A stretch of 11,262 nucleotides of DNA from Gemmatimonadota bacterium (lineage in GTDB: Bacteria; Gemmatimonadota; Gemmatimonadetes; Gemmatimonadales; GWC2-71-9). Of this stretch, positions 7,580 through 11,262 are shown in pieces. The notes beneath the pieces were generated by a model. That model was not told the origin of the DNA. It did not search any database and saw only the letters and a program-made list of their open reading frames with translations. The stretch is taken from positions 655,507-666,768 of the forward strand of contig CP070666.1 of NCBI GenBank assembly GCA_020351775.1, read 5' to 3'. Every line of letters begins with the position of its first letter. The first letter of the stretch is position 1. Both the position numbers and the translations under genes were made by a program.

Positions 7580-7964
7580 CGTGTAACTTCCTCTCTTGTT
7601 CTATCCAACGGGCGATCTCGTCCAGCTCATCCGGAGAGAGCCGCTCGCCCGACATATCGAGCAGCGCCTGAATCGCTTTTGAGGGTGAGCCGCTAAAGAA
7701 CGTCTGCAGCAGGTTGCGCATCGCGTTGCGGGTCGCCTTCTGGTGGGGCACGGTGGGGCTATAGAGGTATCGCCGGCCGTCCTGCTGGTGGGTCACATGC
7801 CCCTTCTTCTCCAGAATGCCCAACGTAACCCGCACCGAGTCGTAGGTGGGGTTGTCCCGCATCCGGCTCACGACCTCGGCGACTCCGGTCTCGCCTAGCT
7901 GGTAAATGATGTCCATTATCTCGCGTTCGCGGCGGCTCAGCTTGGTGTGCGGTGGTGGTGTCAT
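7563..7964 (-). CDS. blaI: BlaI/MecI/CopY-family transcriptional repressor (penicillinase-repressor-type winged helix)
   Basis: The N-terminus is MTPPPHTKLSRREREIMDIIYQLGETGVAEVVSRM...DSVRVTLGILEKKGHVTHQQDGRRYLYSP. This is the classic BlaI N-terminal DNA-binding domain followed by a dimerisation helix. The ATG at 7964 has a GAGG SD 4-5 nt upstream. The ORF track's TTG at 7982 is a possible alternative start. Confidence 0.85.
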   Translation of the reverse strand: MTPPPHTKLSRREREIMDIIYQLGETGVAEVVSRMRDNPTYDSVRVTLGILEKKGHVTHQQDGRRYLYSPTVPHQKATRNAMRNLLQTFFSGSPSKAIQALLDMSGERLSPDELDEIARWIEQERKLHDDDTC

Positions 7965-7995
7965 GCTGCCTCGTTCCGTCAAGTGGGCCGGTCTG

Positions 7996-8030
7996 GGTCA
8001 TATGTAAAAAACTTTACGGTTGTGACGGAC
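7996..8030. promoter_or_regulatory. AT-rich promoter/operator candidate upstream of blaI-blaR1
   Basis: The sequence CATATGTAAAAAACTTTACGGTTGTGAC is the only strongly AT-rich stretch for several kb. It contains the inverted repeat GTAAA-aaac-TTTAC (8003-8016) and a CATATG palindrome. TGTA/TACA half-sites are characteristic of BlaI/MecI operators. Weak -35/-10-like hexamers (GTCACA-18-TATGAC) are on the minus strand. Confidence 0.35.
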
Positions 8031-8103
8031 TGGAAGTTTCACAGGCGGGGAGAGGCAACCGGCCTGGCCGGTTGAGGGCACTCCGGCACCGAGAGCGTCC
8101 ATT

Positions 8104-8671
8104 TTGTGGGATTGGGTCGGTCAGGCCCTCGTTTCCGTCACTACGCCACCGTTCGGCCGCGATGCCGTCACCGCCGTGCACGGCGACCGGTTCTACTACG
8201 GGTCTGCGAACTCGTACGAGATAGAATGCCGGGGCCAGGACGGTACCCTGATTCGCATCATCCGCCGTCAAATGGACCCCTGTCCGGTCACCCCGGACGA
8301 CTTGCAGCGCCTTTATCGAGCGAGAATTGGCCGAGATCGAGGATGCTAACGACCGGCGCGATGCGCGCGAGCGATATGACGAGATGCCGGTCGCCGAGAT
8401 GATGCCTGCCTATGCCGAACTGGAGGTCGACGACGTTGGCAACCTCTGGGTGCGTAATTACGATCCGGACTCGGACTTGAGCCAAACGTGGACTGTGTTC
8501 GATCCCGACGGCCAGATGCTGGGTGCGGTCCGGATGCCGGCCGACCTTCGCGTGACGCACATTGGTGTCGACTTCGTGCTGGGTGTCTGGAGAGACGATC
8601 TCGACGTGGAGCACGTGCGGCTGTATGAACTGGGTCAGAGGATGAGTGGGGAGCAGAGAGCGGAGAGCTGA
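8104..8671 (+). pseudogene. frameshifted, N-terminally truncated remnant of a secreted beta-propeller-like protein family gene
   Basis: There are two adjacent TTG-initiated ORFs in different frames: 8104-8349 in frame 1 (81 aa) and 8327-8671 in frame 2 (114 aa). Their translations read as one continuous domain: ...DRFYYGSANSYEIECRGQDGTLIRIIRRQMDPCPVTPDDLQRLYRAR | (L)AEIEDANDRRDARERYDEMPVAEMMPAYAELEVDDVGNLWVRNYDPDSDLSQTWTVFDPDGQMLGAVRMPADLRVTHIGVDFVLGVWRDDLDVEHVRLYEL. The frames switch within 8318-8330. No ATG or GTG is available upstream (a frame-1 stop lies at 8023-8025), so the N-terminal half of a full-length homologue is missing. Confidence 0.4.
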
Positions 8672-8810
8672 GAGGGGAAGGGACAGGTGACCGGGGGGAA
8701 TACGCTAGATTTGTTTGCCGCCTGCAACCGGTGGACGCTGTAAATGATCGCTGATTTCCGCGCGCCGTTTGCCGTCGACCGACAACCGATCACTGAACCG
8801 CGGACCCGAA

Positions 8811-10100
8811 ATGAAACTCCATATCCTCGTGGTATTGGCCGTCTACGTGGCGGCCGCTTGCGCACCCGAACCCGAGATCTCATCTGCCGACGTGGAGCGC
8901 ATCCTGTCTGTGCTCAGCGGCGATTCGATGGGAGGACGCGACATCCTCACTCCCGGAATTGCCAAGGCAGAGTCGTTCATCCAGAGCGAGTTCGCAGATA
9001 TCGGGCTTGAGACGCTCGAGGGACTCGAAGGTTTCGCCCAGACATTCCCTGTTCATTCACTCACTGCCAAGAGCCAGAAGATCGAGCTGAACGGCAGTGT
9101 GATTCCGGAAGACCGAGTCGCAGCGGCGGTGAGTCAGCAGAGCATCCGCTGGATGTCACCTGATGACGTCAACATCGTCGTGGTCGGATCCGACGACGAT
9201 CTGCGCGAGCAGTTTTTCGCATTGCGAGGGCGAGACGGGAATACCCTGGTGTTGGTGCATGATAGCCACCAACAGTTCTTCGACGGAGTCCGGATGTTCC
9301 TGTCACGGCCGCGATACGTGTTGGGATTGAACGGATCGAACATGGTGATGGTGCTGACGCGCCAGGCCAGCATCGATTCCCTGAGTGTGGAATTGGAGAG
9401 TGAGCTGTCCACTGAATCCCTCACAAACGTCGTAGGTGTGATACCGGGGCGCCGCAGTGAGGAAATCGTCCTGTTCAGCGCACACCACGACCACCTCGGC
9501 ATCGGCCGACCGGTAGACGGCGACTCTATCTACAACGGCGCGAACGATGATGCCTCCGGCACGACCGCAGTGATCGCACTCGCGCGTTACCTCGAGCAGT
9601 CGGGCAAGCCCGAGCGGACCCTGATGTTTGCCACGTTCACCGCGGAAGAGAGTGGCGGTTTCGGGTCCCAGTATCTCTCGCAACAACTGGATCCCGATCA
9701 GGTAGTGGCGATGTTCAACATCGAGATGATTGGCAAGCCAGGGGTCGAGAACCCAGACCTGGTATGGATCACGGGTTTCAACGAAACCGACTTCGGCGAG
9801 ATCCTGCAGCAGGGTTTGGCGACGGATACGGGTTACACGTTCGGACCAGATCCTTATCCGGATCAGGGGTTGTTCTATCGTTCCGACAATGCCGTGTTCG
9901 CCAGACTGGGTGTGCCGGCGCACTCGATCTCCACGACATCGATGGACTCAGACGAGGATTACCATCGGCCGTCCGACGAGATAGAGACGTTGCACATCGA
10001 GCACATGATGAGGACGATCGAGGCGATAGCACTTGGAGCCGGGCCGATCATATCGGGTCGGGCGACGCCAACCCGGGTCGATCCTGAGAACTTGAACTGA
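8811..10100 (+). CDS. M28-family zinc aminopeptidase, secreted/lipoprotein
   Basis: Metal-ligand motifs are FSAHHDHLGIG, NGANDDASGTTAVIALARYL, FTAEESGGFGSQY, VAMFNIEMIG and DEDYHRPSDE. The ATG at 8811 gives MKLHILVVLAVYVAAAC, a signal peptide with a lipobox-like AAAC. The ORF track's TTG at 8769 would add 14 non-signal residues and is less likely. Confidence 0.85.
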   Translation: MKLHILVVLAVYVAAACAPEPEISSADVERILSVLSGDSMGGRDILTPGIAKAESFIQSEFADIGLETLEGLEGFAQTFPVHSLTAKSQKIELNGSVIPEDRVAAAVSQQSIRWMSPDDVNIVVVGSDDDLREQFFALRGRDGNTLVLVHDSHQQFFDGVRMFLSRPRYVLGLNGSNMVMVLTRQASIDSLSVELESELSTESLTNVVGVIPGRRSEEIVLFSAHHDHLGIGRPVDGDSIYNGANDDASGTTAVIALARYLEQSGKPERTLMFATFTAEESGGFGSQYLSQQLDPDQVVAMFNIEMIGKPGVENPDLVWITGFNETDFGEILQQGLATDTGYTFGPDPYPDQGLFYRSDNAVFARLGVPAHSISTTSMDSDEDYHRPSDEIETLHIEHMMRTIEAIALGAGPIISGRATPTRVDPENLN

Positions 10101-10106
10101 GGTGCA

Positions 10107-10138
10107 ACAAAAAAAGCGCCCTCCCAGGGGAGGACGCC
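10107..10138 (-). terminator. rho-independent terminator oriented for the minus strand
   Basis: The plus strand has A7 (10109-10115) then GCGCCCTCCC-ag-GGGAGGaCGC (10116-10137). On the minus strand this is a 9-10 bp GC-rich hairpin with one mismatch followed by TTTTTTTGTTG. No T-tract follows on the plus strand, so it is not a good terminator for the M28 gene. Confidence 0.5.
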
Positions 10139-10370
10139 TTGGCCAAAGTCTGCCTCGCCTCTCTGCCTTGGCCCGTCAGGAAGGCTTGGCACGCCGGACC
10201 AGCTTCTGTTGATTCAGTGTTGGTGGCTCGGTCTTACCGCTGCGCTGGCGTGCCGTGGCACTCTACAGGTACGGCTGCAGCTGGCCGACGTACTGGTCAA
10301 TCTATGGTGGGAACGTTGCTCCGCAAGACAGGGCGGGCAGGAGAGACTTGGCCGCGTCCGCTGGCATGGT

Positions 10371-10720
10371 TTATCCCGGACCGATCTGATCTTCCCGTTT
10401 GGTGAGCAACCGTTCGGCGAAATCGATGCGCTCTTCCAGGTCGGCCATTGTTCACCGTGCAACCGCTGCAGCCGGTCCATCTGTCCCTGGTGGCGTTGCT
10501 CCAACTCAGTCATCCACTGTTCTGGTTCCTTGTCTAGCGCGGTAGGACGCCGGCCCAGCTTGAGCCTCTCGATCAACCGGCTGTACCACGCCGGCATGGC
10601 CGAGCCACCCATGACCAGGTCAACGACCACCGACCCTGCCGATTCTTCGTCGACACTCACGAGGAGCAGAGTCCCGCGACTGCTAGCCGCGCGACAATCG
10701 ACACGGCGATCTTCCACCAT
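10371..10720 (-). pseudogene. IS3-family OrfA-like transposase N-terminal (HTH_Tnp_1-type) remnant with frameshift
   Basis: Minus-strand frame A from the ATG at 10720 reads MVEDRRVDCRAASSRGTLLLVSVDEESAGSVVVDLVMGGSAMPAWYSRLIERLKLGRRPTALDKEPEQWMTELEQRHQGQMDRLQRLHGEQ. It then degenerates into Ser/Arg/Cys junk. The -1/+2 frame continues as MADLEERIDFAERLLTKREDQIGPG* (stop at 10371). The pattern matches IS3/IS911 OrfA: an Fxx(E/A)xKxxxVxLV-like start, a G-S-x-x-x-W-Y-x-R helix-turn-helix, then P-E-Q...ELE...RL leucine-zipper heptads. GC3 is high in both segments. Confidence 0.4.
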
Positions 10721-10772
10721 CCTGATTTCGGGGGCTTGCCAACGGCTTTGGGCGGTATGGGTAGGGTTCCGC

Positions 10773-11262
10773 TTGGAGTTGCCCCTTTTCCGCGGACAGT
10801 TTCCGGTTTGAGAATCAAGCTGCCTTTGCATGTTTCCGTTCGTAGTTGATGGGCGAGGTGTGGCCGAGTGCAGAGTGTCGTCTGTGGGGGTTGTACCATG
10901 CCTCGATGAAGTCGAACACTGCCATCTTTGCCTCTGCCCGATTCCGGAAACTTCTTCGTTCGATGAGCTCGCACTCGAGTGTGGCGAAGAAGCTCTCACA
11001 CAGTGCGTTGTCGTAGGCATCCCCGACCGAGCCCATCGAAGGCCTGACGCCAGCCTCTCTGCATCGGAGGCCAAATGCGATCGAGGTGTATTGCGTACCC
11101 TGATCGCTGTGGTGGATGACGGCCTCGGGCTTGCGTTGCCACAAAGCCATGTTGAGCGCCTGAAGGACTAGTTCCGTTCTCAGGTGCGTCTCCATCGCCC
11201 AGCCCACCACACGACGGCTCCAGGCGTCCACAACCACTGCTAGGTAGAGGAAGCCGCTCCAG
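10773..11262 (-). mobile_element. IS3-family insertion sequence, partial (one terminus in window, remainder beyond window end)
   Basis: OrfB ends at 10815. About 40 bp downstream, the plus strand reads TGGAGTTGCCCCTTTTCC (10773-10790). Read from the outside, this matches the IS3-family terminal inverted-repeat consensus (5'-TG...; TGxxxTGCCCC). The other end and orfA must lie beyond 11262. Confidence 0.55.
10815..11262 (-). CDS. IS3-family transposase OrfB (rve/DDE integrase core), C-terminal part; N-terminus lies beyond the window end
   Basis: The frame is open to the window edge and reads ...WSGFLYLAVVVDAWSRRVVGWAMETHLRTELVLQALNMALWQRKPEAVIHHSDQGTQYTSIAF...GSVGDAYDNALCESFFATLECELI...FDFIEAWYNPHRRHSALGHTSPINYE. 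The hallmark motifs are LYLAVV(L/V)D, HSDQG.QYTS, DNA.(C/A)ESFF, YNP.RRHS and SP..YE. Confidence 0.85.
   Translation of the reverse strand, partial: WSGFLYLAVVVDAWSRRVVGWAMETHLRTELVLQALNMALWQRKPEAVIHHSDQGTQYTSIAFGLRCREAGVRPSMGSVGDAYDNALCESFFATLECELIERRSFRNRAEAKMAVFDFIEAWYNPHRRHSALGHTSPINYERKHAKAA

Noticed and set aside
5808-7696. ORFs 5808-6383(+) (Ser-rich), 5957-6319(+), 6453-6857(-), 6984-7436(-), 7100-7696(+) and 7134-7586(+)
   Set aside because: They are antisense or off-frame translations of the BlaR1-HEAT gene. The Ser/Arg richness comes from reading GC-rich Ala/Leu/Asp codons in the wrong frame.
7965-7982. TTG start at 7982 for blaI
   Set aside because: The ATG at 7964 has a GAGG Shine-Dalgarno at proper spacing. 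The TTG has none and would add MTERGS ahead of it. It is kept only as an alternative.
8673-8698. G-rich tract GAGGGGAAGGGACAGGTGACCGGGGGG as a possible G-quadruplex
   Set aside because: It has only three G-runs of 3 or more with usable loops, so it does not meet a canonical G4 pattern. It is probably just the GC-rich intergenic region upstream of the M28 gene.
8769-8810. TTG start at 8769 for the M28 peptidase
   Set aside because: It adds 14 residues (MPSTDNRSLNRGPE) ahead of an obvious signal peptide that begins at the ATG at 8811. The ATG start is more plausible.
10139-10811. Plus-strand ORFs 10139-10405 and 10209-10811
   Set aside because: They have Trp/Arg/Cys-rich junk-like composition. 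They are antisense to the frames with protein-like sequence and to the minus-oriented terminator.
10214-11074. 286-aa minus-strand ORF spanning the orphan region and the IS
   Set aside because: Its N-terminal part is an alternate frame of the IS3 OrfB (Ser/Thr/Arg junk). Only its middle segment (10720 to about 10450) looks genuinely coding, and that is reported separately as the OrfA-like remnant.
1-11262. CRISPR arrays, tRNA/rRNA genes
   Set aside because: There are no regularly spaced direct repeats, no cloverleaf-compatible 70-90 nt GC-balanced segments with conserved T-loop (GTTCxAxxC) context, and no rRNA-like conserved motifs.

Overview
This is a high-GC bacterial chromosomal segment. 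Overlapping alternate-frame ORFs are rich in Arg, Ser and Pro, which is typical of such DNA. From left to right I can support the following features.

(1) A minus-strand operon encoding a small YtrA-type GntR regulator, an SPFH/band-7 (stomatin-like) membrane protein and a further membrane protein. The last gene runs off the window start. The first two genes are translationally coupled and sit behind a near-consensus sigma70 promoter with CTAG-rich palindromes.

(2) A CGNR zinc-finger/ABATE putative regulator, divergent from a DinB/YfiT-like metalloenzyme gene.

(3) A minus-strand cluster encoding a BlaI-family repressor, a BlaR1-like M56 metalloprotease whose sensor domain is a HEAT-repeat array rather than a penicillin-binding domain, and a large secreted CBM9-like/DUF5916-type outer-membrane protein.

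(4) A frameshifted, N-terminally truncated remnant of a beta-propeller-like gene.

(5) A secreted or lipoprotein M28 zinc aminopeptidase.

(6) A decayed accessory patch at the right edge. It contains an orphan minus-strand intrinsic terminator, an IS3-family OrfA-like (HTH) remnant with a frameshift and several in-frame stops, and a partial IS3-family element whose OrfB (rve/DDE integrase) runs off the window end.

No rRNA, tRNA or CRISPR is evident. The points most worth follow-up are the BlaI / BlaR1-HEAT / outer-membrane-protein signalling module, the GntR-SPFH coupled operon, and the tandem IS3 remnants with the orphan terminator.
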